DNA of 53,954 bases, taken from assembly GCA_031835245.2 (NCBI GenBank), contig JAVKOQ020000097.1, positions 124,001-177,954 on the forward strand, read 5' to 3'. The notes beneath the pieces are model-generated. The model was not told where the DNA came from and searched no databases. It saw nothing but the letters and a program-made list of their open reading frames with translations. The translations under genes and the position numbers were made by a program. Below are positions 37,701-50,390 of the stretch, in pieces. How positions within the stretch are numbered: the stretch's first letter is position 1; every line of letters begins with the position of its first letter. The DNA is from Balamuthia mandrillaris (Eukaryota).

Positions 37701-40700
37701 GCGAAGGCGGCGCTGGAGCCCAACTCGGCGGAGCTTCTGTAGGTGCTGGAACAGGCGGCGCTGGAGCCCAACTCGGCGGAGCTTCCGTCGGTGCCGGCGA
37801 AGGCGGCGCTGGAGCTCAACTAGGTGGAGCTTCCGTCGGTGCTGGAGAGGGCGGAGTTGGAGCTGAAGTTGGTGGAGCCTCTGTTGGCATTGGCAAGCGA
37901 CAACAGCAAGGCCTCTTGCTCAGCCAGTCCGTCGCTCCCTTCGAGAAGACCGGCTACCAGCAGGTCAACGCAGAGAACATCGCCTTCATCCGAGTCATAC
38001 AAAATGGACAGGATATCTTCACTCAGCCCATCAACCTGCCTTTGGCTCGGGGTCAAGCCATCACCATCTTCATTGCAGGTGAGGATAGCCTCAGCATCTT
38101 CATTGAGGAGGACCAAGTGCCTACCGCGGCACCTCAGGTGGGACTTTGTGACATCAAGCTCATGAACGCTCTGGATCTGCCCTTGGGCTTGGACGTGACC
38201 CTTGGTGGTAGTACCTTGGCCTCTGGGCTCGCCTACCAAAGCCTTAGAAGCTTCCGAGGAGTACGGTGCGGCACAGCTGAGATGACCATCAGCTTGCAAG
38301 GCGCCACTGGACGAACTATCATCAACCAGACAGTGACCATCGCGGAAGGCAACAACCTCCTGAACTACTTTGTTATCACCGGAGAGAGCATCAGCGATAC
38401 CTCCTTCAACGGTGCCGGCAGCAACCTCTTGGACTCTGGATACACAGAGAACATCATTGCCAGAGGCCAATTAGAGCTGGAATTGGTGATCGGTACGGAC
38501 CCCTCTGTTCAGGGTGGAACCCTTTTGGAGAGACAGATCGTGGACGTGGCCCTTCTCTACGAATCTGTTATCGTGGACTCTGCTCCCTCCAACGAGGTCA
38601 ACCTAGCTCTTTGGCATGTGGGTCCCGGTGCTGGTCGTCTTGTTCAAGCTACTCTCTTGGTTCCTCTCGAGACCACCACAGGCACCATTGGTGCCACCAC
38701 TGGCACCACTACCGCCCAAACTGGCCTTCAAGTACAAGTAGTAGAACCCGATCTGACCATAGATGCTGGCGAGGACGGCATCGCAGGACTGGACCTCACT
38801 TTGGAGGAACGACGCAGACAGTTCCAGGCCGAAGCTGGCTTGGGTGGTGTTGGTGCTCAAGCTGAATTGGGAGGTGTAAGCGCTCAGGCAGGACTTGGCA
38901 CTACCACTACTGCGGGAGCGACCACCCCCACTCTTGGCGTGTCTCAAGCCGTCGAGCCTGGTACCCGCCCTGCTCTAACCACGGAGGTATTGCTCTTGGA
39001 GAGAGTACCCTATAGAGGCGTGCCCGCTGGTACCGCCATCTTGGTGCTGCAAAACGGTGCCCAGGAAATCTTCCGGCGACTCATCTCTCTCTCGGCTTTT
39101 GCTGGTGAGCCTGTCACCGCCTTCATCACCGGCAACGAAGACAATTTGGAAGTGGTCTTGACAGTGGACGAGGTCACTCCTGGTGAAGAGGAACCCGGAG
39201 ATATCATCGCCGAGGGTGAATGTAGAGTCAAGATAGTTAATGCCATTGAGGACAACATTGCCCTAGATATAAGTTTGAACGACACCGCGATTGCCTTCAG
39301 CCTCTTCAGCCAACAAAGCGAGGAAGTGGGTGGATTGCCTTGCGGCGAAAACCAACAGCTAGTAGTGACGCTAGTGGGAGCTGCCGCCAACACTGTTGTG
39401 CTCAATGAGACCGTAACCATAAATGAGGGCGTGTTGAACTACTTTGTCATTGCGAAGAACATCCCTGGAGCCCTCACCGAAGCACCCAACGTGGACATCA
39501 TTGGCTCTGGTACCGTGCCCTTGATTCCAGCTCAGGCCGCAACCCAGGAAGAAGGCCAAGCAGGAGAACAGCCCATCCTTGAGCCTATTTCTGGCAAGAG
39601 ACAAGCGCAATCGATAGAAGTGGTGCTTTTGTACAGCCCCCTGATCGTGCCATTGCCAACCAATCCGAACAACGTGGCTGTCACATTCTGGCATGTTGCT
39701 CCTGTGGTCCCTAATGAGGTGGTGCTTAGCCTCCAAAATGTGGGATCCTCTCTTTCGACTGGATCGTCTTCTTCCTCCTCGTTCTCTTCTTCCTCTTCTT
39801 CATCCTCCTCTTCTTCTTCATCCTCCTCTTCCTCCTCCTCCTCCTCCTCCTCCTCCTCCTCCCCTCCTCCTCCTCCTCGGACGACTCCTCTTCTACTGGA
39901 AATGGTGTGTTCCTTCCTTCCGACATAGTCGACTCTACGGCTAACGTGGACCTTCTCCTCGTGCCCTACGAGCGAGAGACTTACATTGAGCTTCCTGCCA
40001 ACAACCAGATCCCCGTCAACGTCATCGTAAACAACCGAATTGAGGAGCGAGTGACGTTGAACCTGGCTGAGTTCCGCGGAGGAGCTGTCTCCGTCTTCCT
40101 TTTGGGCGAAGACACTTTGCTCGTCTTCCGTGACAGAGATGCGGACGCTCCTTCTGAGCAGATAGCTGGTCTTGGAGCTGAGAACGTGACTGCCATACCT
40201 ACTGAGAACCAATGTGCCGCCAAGGTGGTCCACGCCATTCCCAATGTGGCCGCTGTGGACGTCTACATCAACAACGAGCTACTCGTCTCTGGCGTAAGCT
40301 ACAAGCAGAGCCGCGTCATCGCCGCTCCCTGCGGTGATGTCCTCATTCAAGTGGCCAGAAGCAACGGCATGGGCCGACTGATCCTCTTTTCTGGCACTGC
40401 TAATATGGCACAAGGCACCAACGGCGGTGTGCTCAACTACATGGTTCTGGCTTCACAGCAACAGCAACAGCAACAACAGCAGCAAATCGGTGGCGTCTTT
40501 GGGGCTGGCGTGAATACCATCAACATCGCGGGGGTAACAACGGAGGATGACCCAGACCTCGTCGTCGTCACCGACCCTCAAGAGACCGACGTCTTTGAGG
40601 AGACAGCCAACTTCCAGGACGGCGGCATTGACCTCAACCTCGATACTGGCCTTGGCAAGAAGCGTCAATTCAGCCGCACTACTCCTCCCTTGTTGTTCGA

Positions 40701-41076
40701 AGTAGTGACCATCCCCGTCTCCATGGATAGCAACAAGGCCTACATAGCCTTCTGGAATGTCTTCTCTGGAGCGCAGAGCCCCCAGATGACCCTTTCCTTC
40801 CCTCAACAAAGCCTGGTGCTCCGGTCCTCTCTTCCTGCTTACCAGCGAGTGGACTACGTGCAGCTGCCAAGTCTCCAAGCAGGAACAATTCAGGTGGCTT
40901 ACCCTGGACTCGGCGCCGTGAATGCGGTCATCAATGTGGATCAGATCAGCGGACAGGCCGCCACGCTCTTCATTGCTGGCTCGACTAGTGATGATGTTTG
41001 GGTGGAGGTTGATCAGAACCCTGCTCAAGTGCTTAGTGGCCAAACCACTGCTGATGAGCCTAATGCTTCACCCTAA
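34730..41076 (+). CDS. Giant secreted protein (about 2115 aa) with six DUF4397-like units and dibasic KR/RR-Q sites; apparent 1-bp frameshift in a TCC repeat near 39862
   Basis: Signal peptide followed by QQQ. Six units beginning C-x-[VIL A]-K-[LVI]-[VM]-[NH]-A, each with NY[FLM] and [FVL]W[HN] motifs. ORFs 34730-39928 and 39907-41076 join if one T is restored in (TCC)n, giving ...SSDDSSSTGNGVFLPSD. Confidence 0.85.
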
Positions 41077-41235
41077 GAACTGTAGATATGCTTTCTCTTC
41101 TTTGAATCTTACTGTTATTTGGTGTTAGGGGGCATTTTTAAACTGTTTTTCCCTCTGTGTTGTATACGCACAGCCTTTTACAAAGCTTTTAGTAAACCCC
41201 ATTTTCAACAAACTACGATTCTCTCCTCGCTCTCT

Positions 41236-41277
<42 letters not shown>

Positions 41278-41328
41278 TGCTTTCTTATCATACTCGGTTC
41301 TGTTTTTTTGCTTGCCAGCCATGTGTGA

Positions 41329-41832
<504 letters not shown>

Positions 41833-41977
41833 GTTGACGGCCCTGCCTTTTGTATTCATCACAAACATAAAACTCACTTGCGTTGAACTGCTCACGCTCT
41901 CTTGTGTTCTCTGTTTTTTTTTTTTTTTTTTCAGCCCTTCCACGCCCATCCATCGTCAACAACAAAAAGACGTTCTT

Positions 41978-43815
41978 TCATTTATCCTGCCACCGCCAGC
42001 GAATGATGTGGGGACGCTTGTTTCGTGCTGTCTTCTTGGATGCGTTTCCTCCTCTGCTTTGTCGACGATTGCTGAACGTATCATTTTCGCTTCCTCTTGT
42101 TCTTCTCTCCTCATCCTCGTGTTCTTCTTCCTCGTCTTCCTCTTTCGCTTCCTCCCCTGCTTCTTTTGTCGTCCTCTTTTGACTCGTTTTGCTGAAGATG
42201 AGTGTAGGGTAGTCCTCTTGCAACATATGAAGGAGGTGCCAGCGTTGCCCCTCGGCAAGGCTTCGCACCGCACTGCGAAGAAGGTTCCGCGTGATCATAT
42301 CTGGTTGCACACCCGTCTCGTCGGAAAAGAGGTCAAGCACTCTCGCCAGCTGCGACCAGCATCGTTTGCGTACGCAGGCGCTGAGGAGCGCGTTGCAAAC
42401 GAGCAAGTTGGGGCGAAGACCATCCTCTTGCATCTTTTGCATCAGCCGCCACTCTTCTCTCATCGGTGGTTCCTTTCTGCGTCGAAGTTTGTCTCCCTTG
42501 CCTTTGCCGTCTCCTTGTTCTTGCGCCCCTTCCTCCGCTTCTGTACCACTCTCTTGCTCCTTGTTGAAAAGTACAGAGTGCCCATCAAGGAGGAGGGCAT
42601 AAATCTCCAAGTTGGGCTTCAGTTCATGCTCCTCCTGCATCTCGTGGAATAGGTCGTAAGCCCTATCTAAATCGCCACCTTTTATACAGGCCTTCATGAG
42701 AGCGCCATAAGTAAAGTGATTGGGAGCCAAGCCAGCCGCTTCCATCCTTTCCTTTAGCTCAAGGGCCATGGTGAGCCCTCCTCGCCGTGAACTGCACGTG
42801 TTGATAAGACTGGTGAAGAGCTTGCCATCAAGCGGCACGGCCTCTTCGTCCATTCGTTCCAGGAGCGCTTTCACTTTGTCTATTGCGTCCACTACAATGA
42901 AAAATGAGAGACTATTAAATAATTGATGAGATTTAGAGAGCGATTTCGTACCACTATCGTGGTAGCCTTGAGCTAAGGTGGTGTAGGTAATGACATCTGG
43001 TTGCAGTTTAATGTCTTGCGTCATCAGTTGAAACAGGTCCTCCATTGCGTTTACTTCTCTGTTCTGTCCCGTCTGATGCAGTACACGATTAAAGGCATGG
43101 ACAAGGGCGGTTGTGTTGGCGCATCGTTTGACGATTTTCTTTAGCGCCTTTACCAACCGTTCTGTAGGAGAAAAAACAGGTTAGGTGTCTTCGTGAATTC
43201 CTTCAGCGTTAGGAAAGAGAACGAAAATGGTACCTCGATCCTGCGATTCAAATGGCACGTTTGCAGAGGAGAGGTTGGACAAAATGGCAGTAAACATAGA
43301 ACTGGTAGGTTCTACCCCATCTGCTTTGGCATTAGCAAGCATTTGTATTGCTTCCTCTGTTTCAGCATTATCAATGAGGCCTTTGATCAACGCTTCATAC
43401 GTTGCTACGTCGGGTTTGACTCGGTTTTCTTTCATCTTTCCCAACAAAGCGAGCGCTTGTCTTGTGTCGCCTGTAGAAGCAGAGCGAAGATGAGTATTTG
43501 TGGAATTGCCGCTGAGGCCATCTACAAACCTTGACGAACACAAGCCTCCATGAATGCGTTGTAACAGGCTGTACTGGGACGAACGTTGTCACTTTGCATC
43601 CTCTGCCAGAGCCTTGGCACCATGGCGTACTCTTTGGACTTCACACAGCAATGCAACAGCGTCCTGTACGACATTGCACCTTTTTTATCATGCAGATGCA
43701 AAGAAACAACAATGTTTGTCTGTGTAAGCATCACCTGTCAGAGCCAAGAGAAGAGAAGAAGAGCGAATAGACAGAGCAGAAAAGAGGAGATAGAGAAGCA
43801 GAGAAGCAGAGAAGC

Positions 43816-43854
<39 letters not shown>

Positions 43855-44518
43855 AAGAGAAAGGAGAGAAAAGAAGAGAACCAAGTGGAAGCATGATATG
43901 AGGTCTTGTTTCGTCCTCCAAAAAGGCCAAAGCTCGGCGCAACTGCCCTGCTGCACCACAACAACGCACCAACAAGGAGAAGAGCGTCTGATCCATCTTC
44001 AGCCCACGAGCACGCACCGCGTCCACCAATCGAAAAGCAGTCTCCACGTCCCTCTGCCGAAGACACTCCGTCATGAGGGATCCAAAGAAAAAGAGGTCCG
44101 GTTTGCGCTGCGAGTGCGGTTGGTGCTGAGCTTCCTCCAAGAGCGCAAACACGCGAGCCCACTGCTCCTCGCCGGCCAGCTGCTTCACCGAGCGAAACCA
44201 ACGACGCTCCGCCTCGGTCATCGGTGCCACACCACCAGAGGCTTCTGTGCCAGAGCTGTGCACTTGCATAGAAAGAGGGGACCGAGAGGCAGTCGAGCGA
44301 GAGCTCTGTTTGCGCTCTTGTCGATGTGGTGGAGAGGAAAAAGGGGGTCGAGAGGCATGATGAACAGTTCTTCGAAGGCTATCGCTGCTGCTTGAGGGAT
44401 GCAACAAAAACCCATGGCCACGAGAAGAAGTACTTGGCAAGAAACAGGTTGGGAGGACAAGGCGGCGCGTTGTCGTTGCACGCCACACCAAGGCTTCGCT
44501 ACTCGAAGCCAACCTCAT
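41978..44518 (-). CDS. P-class pentatricopeptide repeat (PPR) protein, probably mitochondrial
   Basis: Multiple 35-aa PPR motifs ([67 protein letters not shown]); Arg/Ser/Thr-rich presequence; several introns. Confidence 0.92.
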
Positions 44519-44857
44519 CTCTCTTTTACTTTTTCTTTGCGGTTAAATATCGGGACGACACGATATATTGACCTTTCATTTGGCAGAAAAGAAATGGCGA
44601 GGGATAAAAGGGCCAGCAAAAAGGTCCGTCGCGCTTCCCTGCTACTTTTGGCGAGGCAAATTGTCATCCACAAGGACCACCGCCAAACCAAACCATTGCG
44701 CGTTTGCGCGTCGAGGCAAAATCGGAAATTAATGTAATCTAATAGTATTTTGCAAAGGCCACCTAATAGCAAACATCCGTGTCGTCTTGAACAGCGTGCC
44801 ACAAAAGAAAGAAAGAACACCCTTTTTTTCCTCTTCTGAGAAGAAGAGCGCTGGACA

Positions 44858-44953
44858 ATGTCGTCTTTTGCAAACCGCCTTGTCTTTCTTTTGGGGCTTT
44901 TGATAATGGCCAATGCAGCCTACTCGGCCATACAATGTGAGCCCTAACCTCTG

Positions 44954-44985
<32 letters not shown>

Positions 44986-45431
44986 TACAATAAAAAACGT
45001 TGGTTCGATTTTTCGGCGCTGACTCTTTCTCTCTCTTCCTTTCATCAGACAGAAACTTTTTAAAAGTGATGGAAACGCCAGAAGAGCCGCTTCCGTTGGA
45101 CGTTAGTACACTACCCTTTTTTTAAAAAAATAATCTTTTTCGTTCGCTCATTCTTTTTTTTTTGTTCTCTTTCTTGCTTCAGGTACGGTTACAAACGCTG
45201 CTTGCCGTGGCAGTGTGTACCATTGGCGCTATTCAGTGGGCTGGTCACTTCAAGCACATCAAAACTACCTCCACTGCTGCACAAAAGTGCGTGTTCTTCC
45301 TCTTCTCTTTGTCTTTCTCTTTGAACGGAGTGCTGAACTTGCTCACCACTTGCAGGAGTTATGACATGGTTCACTCTCGGTCAGACTTTATGGCTTTTAG
45401 TCATCGTCGCAACCCTGCGCAATTCATCTAA
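44858..45431 (+). CDS. EMC5: ER membrane protein complex subunit 5 / membrane magnesium transporter (MMgT family)
   Basis: Four exons giving MSSFANRLVFLLGLLIMANAAYSAIQ|YRNFLKVMETPEEPLPLD|VRLQTLLAVAVCTIGAIQWAGHFKHIK...|SYDMVHSRSDFMAFSHR, matching MMgT motifs AAYSA, LP.D..LQTL and F..F.HR. Not recovered whole by the ORF track. Confidence 0.88.
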
Positions 45432-45744
45432 TTCAAAGACTTATTTATAACTTTTGGCCTTCTCTTCTGCTCTCTGCTCTCTGCTCTTTGCTCCTCTCTT
45501 TCTCTCCACTGAAAAGAACGCAGTGAGGCTTTTAGGGAGAAGCGCGCCACATGAAGGGACGTTTATTCTCTTTGCTTTGGCTAACATTAAAACCAAAAAC
45601 AAAAAAACAAAACAGAACGCAAAGCAAACACTTAAAAAAATCAGAAAAAACCAAAAAAAAAAAAAAAAAACGTCCTTCACGCAAGGAGAATTCCCTCAAG
45701 CGCTTTCCCTCTTTGTGCATCTAAGCCCGCACAGGAGACATGCT

Positions 45745-46830
45745 CTACAGCCAGAAGGCTACCACAGAGGCAGCAGCAGAGGCATCACCAGTGTTGTAGG
45801 CTACAACATCTCCACCGTCATAGGCAGCGCCATCGTACGCAACGTCTCCGCCGCCGTACTCAACGTCACCACCGTCATACTCAACATCACCTCCATCGTA
45901 GACAACGTCTCCGCCATCGTAGGAAATATCGCCACCATCGTAGGCTACATCTCCGCCGTCGTACTCAACGTCACCTCCATCGTAAGTGACATCTCCTCCG
46001 TCATACTCAACGTCACCACCATCGTAGGTCACATCCCCGCCATCATACTCCACATCACCTCCATCGTAGACAACATCTCCTCCGTCGTAGGAGACATCAC
46101 CGCCATCGTAGGTCACATCCCCGCCATCATATTCAACGTCTCCACCATCGTAGGTCACATCCCCTCCATCGTAGGAGACATCCCCGCCATCATAAGCAAC
46201 GTCACCTCCATCGTAAGAGACATCCCCTCCATCGTAGGTCACGTCTCCGCCATCATATTCAACGTCACCGCCATCATAAGCGACATCACCACCATCATAC
46301 TCTACGTCTCCTCCGTCGTAGACAACATCTCCTCCATCGTAGGAGACATCACCGCCATCGTAGGCCACGTCGCCTCCATCGTAGGAAACGTCACCTCCAT
46401 CGTAGGTCACGTCTCCACCGTCATATTCAACATCGCCTCCACCATAGACAACATCTCCTCCATCGTAAGAGACATCACCGCCATCGTAAGAGACATCACC
46501 GCCATCGTAAGTGACATCACCGCCATCATACTCCACGTCACCGCCATCATAGGCAACATCTCCTCCATCGTAGGAGACATCACCGCCATCGTAGGTCACG
46601 TCGCCTCCATCGTAGGCTACATCTCCACCGTCATAAGCAACATCCCCGCCATCATAGGCCACGTCTCCTCCATCGTAAGTCACATCACCACCATCGTAAG
46701 CCACGTCTCCGCCATCGTAAGTCACGTCGTCACCGTCGTAGGTCACATCGCCAGACCCATACTTCATAGGCTTTGCCAAGCCAGCAGTGGCCAGCAAGCC
46801 AAGGAGCACCAACGCAGCAAACGCCTTCAT
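45745..46830 (-). CDS. Secreted Tyr/Asp/Gly heptad-repeat protein (YDGGDV[ATSEV])~45
   Basis: Signal peptide MKAFAALVLLGLLATAGLA. The 21-bp repeat varies mainly at synonymous positions and the seventh residue in this frame. TATAAAA at 46901-46895. Confidence 0.88.
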   Translation of the reverse strand: MKAFAALVLLGLLATAGLAKPMKYGSGDVTYDGDDVTYDGGDVAYDGGDVTYDGGDVAYDGGDVAYDGGDVAYDGGDVTYDGGDVSYDGGDVAYDGGDVEYDGGDVTYDGGDVSYDGGDVSYDGGDVVYGGGDVEYDGGDVTYDGGDVSYDGGDVAYDGGDVSYDGGDVVYDGGDVEYDGGDVAYDGGDVEYDGGDVTYDGGDVSYDGGDVAYDGGDVSYDGGDVTYDGGDVEYDGGDVTYDGGDVSYDGGDVVYDGGDVEYDGGDVTYDGGDVEYDGGDVTYDGGDVEYDGGDVAYDGGDISYDGGDVVYDGGDVEYDGGDVEYGGGDVAYDGAAYDGGDVVAYNTGDASAAASVVAFWL

Positions 46831-46894
46831 CTCTTTGCTTGTTTGTTTGTTTGTTTTGTTGGATGAAGAACAGACTAACAGTTACGCGCTGCTA

Positions 46895-46901
46895 TTTTAT
46901 A
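46895..46901 (-). promoter_or_regulatory. TATA box of the YDGGDV gene
   Basis: TATAAAA on the minus strand, 65 bp upstream of ATG 46830. Confidence 0.55.
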
Positions 46902-47291
46902 GTTTTCAATCAAACTTGTTCTGGCTAGCGATTCCACGGCTACACGCCATTGGAAAGCTCAGGTACGTTTCAAAAGTGGAAGAAAAGGAGAGGAGAGATG
47001 GATTCGCTTTGAAAAGTACGAGAAGGGTTGGCTGGACACTAGCCATGAATTCCCTTTCTTTTCTGTTTTAAAAAGAGAGAGAACTTGCTGACGGATCCGA
47101 GGCGATCAACAGGTTGCATGGATCCCTTGCTCATTTCATTGAAGCCTCGGGGACATTTCCGTATCTGGCCAAAGAGAATTGAACGACGAGACGAAATCTG
47201 CATGTTGTCACGTGCAACATGAAGAGAGAAACGGTAACTTGCTCTTTCAGTGTTGCCTTTCATTTGTGTTTGCATGTTTGAGAGAGAGAAA

Positions 47292-47338
<47 letters not shown>

Positions 47339-47713
47339 TGATGTTTTTTAATTAGCTTGTTCGTTTAGGAAAGAGGATTAACAAGAAGGCGGCCTCTCGC
47401 CAGACTCCTTATGGCCCCGACCGGTTGAACACGTTGGCTCGTACTCTGCGTTGGATGATCCGCTCCCTCATTCACTATACGCCACCTATACCCACCCATC
47501 GAAGCGGCGAGCTCTCCATTCAAGAATTCCTTTTTTTTTTTGTTTCTTCGAAAAAAAGTAAAAACGACGCTTCGGCCAATTATCTTTTAAAGGTAATAAC
47601 TGACGTAAGCAATACCTCTATCTGTAATCTACGTCATCTCCTTTCTAAAAAAGGTTAATTAAACAGAAAATTCGAAAAAGTGAAAAAAGTTTGTGAAAGA
47701 AAGCGAAGCCCCC

Positions 47714-50390
47714 ATGGAGGGAGAAGACGATCCGGAGAGGGGTTGGTGCTGCCTCCCCTCCGATGCAGAAGAACTGGAAGGCCATGGCACGCCCACGAAA
47801 AAATCTGCCTCGAACCAACAACACTCCTCCAACAGCACGCCACTCCTGTGGCAGAGGGAAGCAAGCGGAGGAGGAGGAGAGGCGTTGCCACCGCCATTCT
47901 TGGAGGGCAAGCAAGGGCTCGACCTCTACATCGCCTATTGGTACTGCTGCTGCGGGGATGCACGCTCTCCGTTGCTGCGGGAGCAACAGAATGACTATCC
48001 TTCGTTTGTGCTGGGCCTTGGTTCTTCTTCCACCTCGTCTGCTCCGTCTACCTCCGATGGACCACTGCAGCAAGACCGTTTTGTAGCGCTCCTGCTGAAC
48101 GGTATTCGCAAAGCGGTTCGTCATTCTTCTCTTTGCTTTTCTCTCATCGTGAAACGATGCCAAAACGTAACAAACTGGAAAAAAAAAACGCAGACCACAA
48201 CAGTAGCTGCGTTTGCAGCACAACTGCATGACAGCGCGGAGCAAGAGCTAACCCCTGGCCATGGCTCCATCTCTAGGCACATTCCTCTGTACGGTTTTTT
48301 TGTTCTTGTCCTTCTTGTTCGTTCTCTTCTTCGTGTTCTTCGTCGTTCTTCTTCGTTCTTCTTCGTTCTTCTCTCCTTCTTGTTCTTCTCCTTCTCGTCC
48401 TTCTTCTTGTTCTTGTTCTTGTTCTTGTTCTTGTTCTTGTTCTTGTTCTTGTTCTTGTTCTTGTTCTTGTTCTTCTTCTTCTTCTTCTTCTTGTTCTTGT
48501 TCTTGTTCTTCTTCTTCTTCTTCTTCTTCTTCTTCTTCTTCTTCTTCTTCTTCTTCTTCTTCTTCTTCTTCTTCTCGTTATCAACCCTCTTGCCCTTCTC
48601 CGTTTGCCACTCCTTGTGGCCTTTAAGGTGACCTTCGCTCTTTCATTCTGCTAGAGCGGACATGAATGAAGACCGAAGCGGACTTGCATTGCTTGCGCTG
48701 ATGCAATGCGACTTTGTGGACTATGCCCCTCTTGTCTTTCATCGGTTGCGGTTACTCTATGGCTTTTCTGCTGATACTTTTCTGGTACATCGAACGCACC
48801 TTGTCTCTTTCTCTCTCTCTTTCTCTTTCTCTCTCTCATCTCCAAGTTATGTTCACAAACAACAAAAAGGATTCCTTCGCTACAGAAACGAACCAACTGG
48901 AAAGCATGAGCTCTCCTGGAAAAAGTGGTTGCAGCTTTTATTTTTCTGTTGACCGACGCTTTGTCCTAAAAACTATACACAAGGAGGAGTTTAAATTCTT
49001 CAAAACCAACATTTATTCCTATTATGAGGTTTGGCTCTTCTCTTGTTTTTCTTCTTCGTTGCTCACCGCAGTGATTCAATAGCACATGAAACAGAATCCA
49101 AACTCTTTGTTGGTGCGGATATTTGGTTTATACACTTTGAAACAAGGTACTATCAAGAACCTGTTACAGAGAGAGTCTCGGCACGTGGTCATCATGGAGA
49201 ACTTGGTGCCGGTTGACAGAAGCATAAGCGAATGTTATGACCTGAAAGGCAGCACTCACGGTCGCGTTACGCTGAAACCAACTGAAGAAAGGAAGGGGCA
49301 AGATAGACGAGGATCTAGTGTTGATAAACGTGAAGGAGAGGAAGTACATAGCAGCGGTGGGGGTGAGGGACGGTCGAAGTTAGTGGTTCTGAAAGACCTT
49401 GATTTTCATGATAGAAGAACCATTTTGTTGGTAGCATCCAGAAGGCAACTCTTTCTTGAACAGTTGGAAGCCGATGCAACGGTCTGTTTTCTCTTTTTTT
49501 GTGCTTCTCCTTCGTCGCCTCTCGTCTATTTCCTTTTTGCTTCTCTTCTCATATGACGAAAACGTTTGTGCAGTGGCTTTATTCTAGAGGATGTATGGAC
49601 TACAGTTTGTTCCTTCTGGTTAGCAAAACGAAGCCACCATCTGATCGTCATACAACTTCATCGCACCATCAACAAACAAGGTGAGAGACTTGTTGTTTCC
49701 TTCTGTCTTCTATTATCATACATCCTAATTCTCTCTTAGTGGTGAACGTATGAACAAACGAAGGTGGCGAGAAGCCATCACTGTCCATAACAAGTCTCAC
49801 TTAACGAATCCGTTCCGGTCACAACATTCAGAAGAAGAGGGAGAAGAACCTGAAGAAGAACCCCAAAACGAAGGCGGTAAGCGTCGTCATCATCTCTTCA
49901 AACGCCGTCAACGGAGAAATCAGCACCAACAACAAAGCAACAGTAAACGTAGTCGTGATGATGGAGAAGACGACAATGAAGAGGAGGAGGAAGGGGAGGA
50001 AGATAGACTGTCTACCAAAATGTCTGTCTTTCGGCTTGACGAAGGAGGATTCGCTGCTAGTAATGAGCTCCTCTCGAGCATTCGAGAGGGAGAGATCTAT
50101 TACATGGGCATCATCGACATTCTTCAACCTTACAACTGGCGGAAGCAGCTGGAGAACGCGTATCGCAAGCTCTTTGTGGAGGAGGAGGCGATTTCCTGCG
50201 TCGACCCTTACAAATACTCGTAAGTTCTGCATTCTTTTCCACCTCATCTCGCTCTACTCTACTCTGCTCTACTCGCGTTTTCCTTTCTCTCCTCTCGTCT
50301 CATTCGTTTGTTTGGTTTGTCTCATGCAGGCAACGCTTCCAGCACTTTCTTCGGGTGCACACTGGGCCTTCTCTGCATCTTCCTCCTTGA
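47714..50390 (+). CDS. Phosphatidylinositol-phosphate kinase (PIP5K family)
   Basis: DYAPLVFHRLR, SPGKSGCSFYFSVDRRFVLKT, NSLLVRIFGLY, VIMENL, YDLKGSTHGR, LKDLDF, MDYSL, YYMGIIDILQPY, ISCVDPYKYS|QRF. 5' exon structure around the 48300-48580 satellite is uncertain. Confidence 0.9.
48400..48575. repeat. (TTCTTG)n / (TTC)n microsatellite
   Basis: Direct inspection. Confidence 0.9.

Noticed and set aside
45820..46760. CRISPR-like or telomeric array
   Set aside because: Contiguous 21-bp coding repeats with no unique spacers; eukaryotic context.
45454..46866. 470-aa antisense ORF over the YDGGDV gene
   Set aside because: Stop-free by virtue of the repeat; variation is synonymous on the minus strand, which also has the signal peptide and TATA box.
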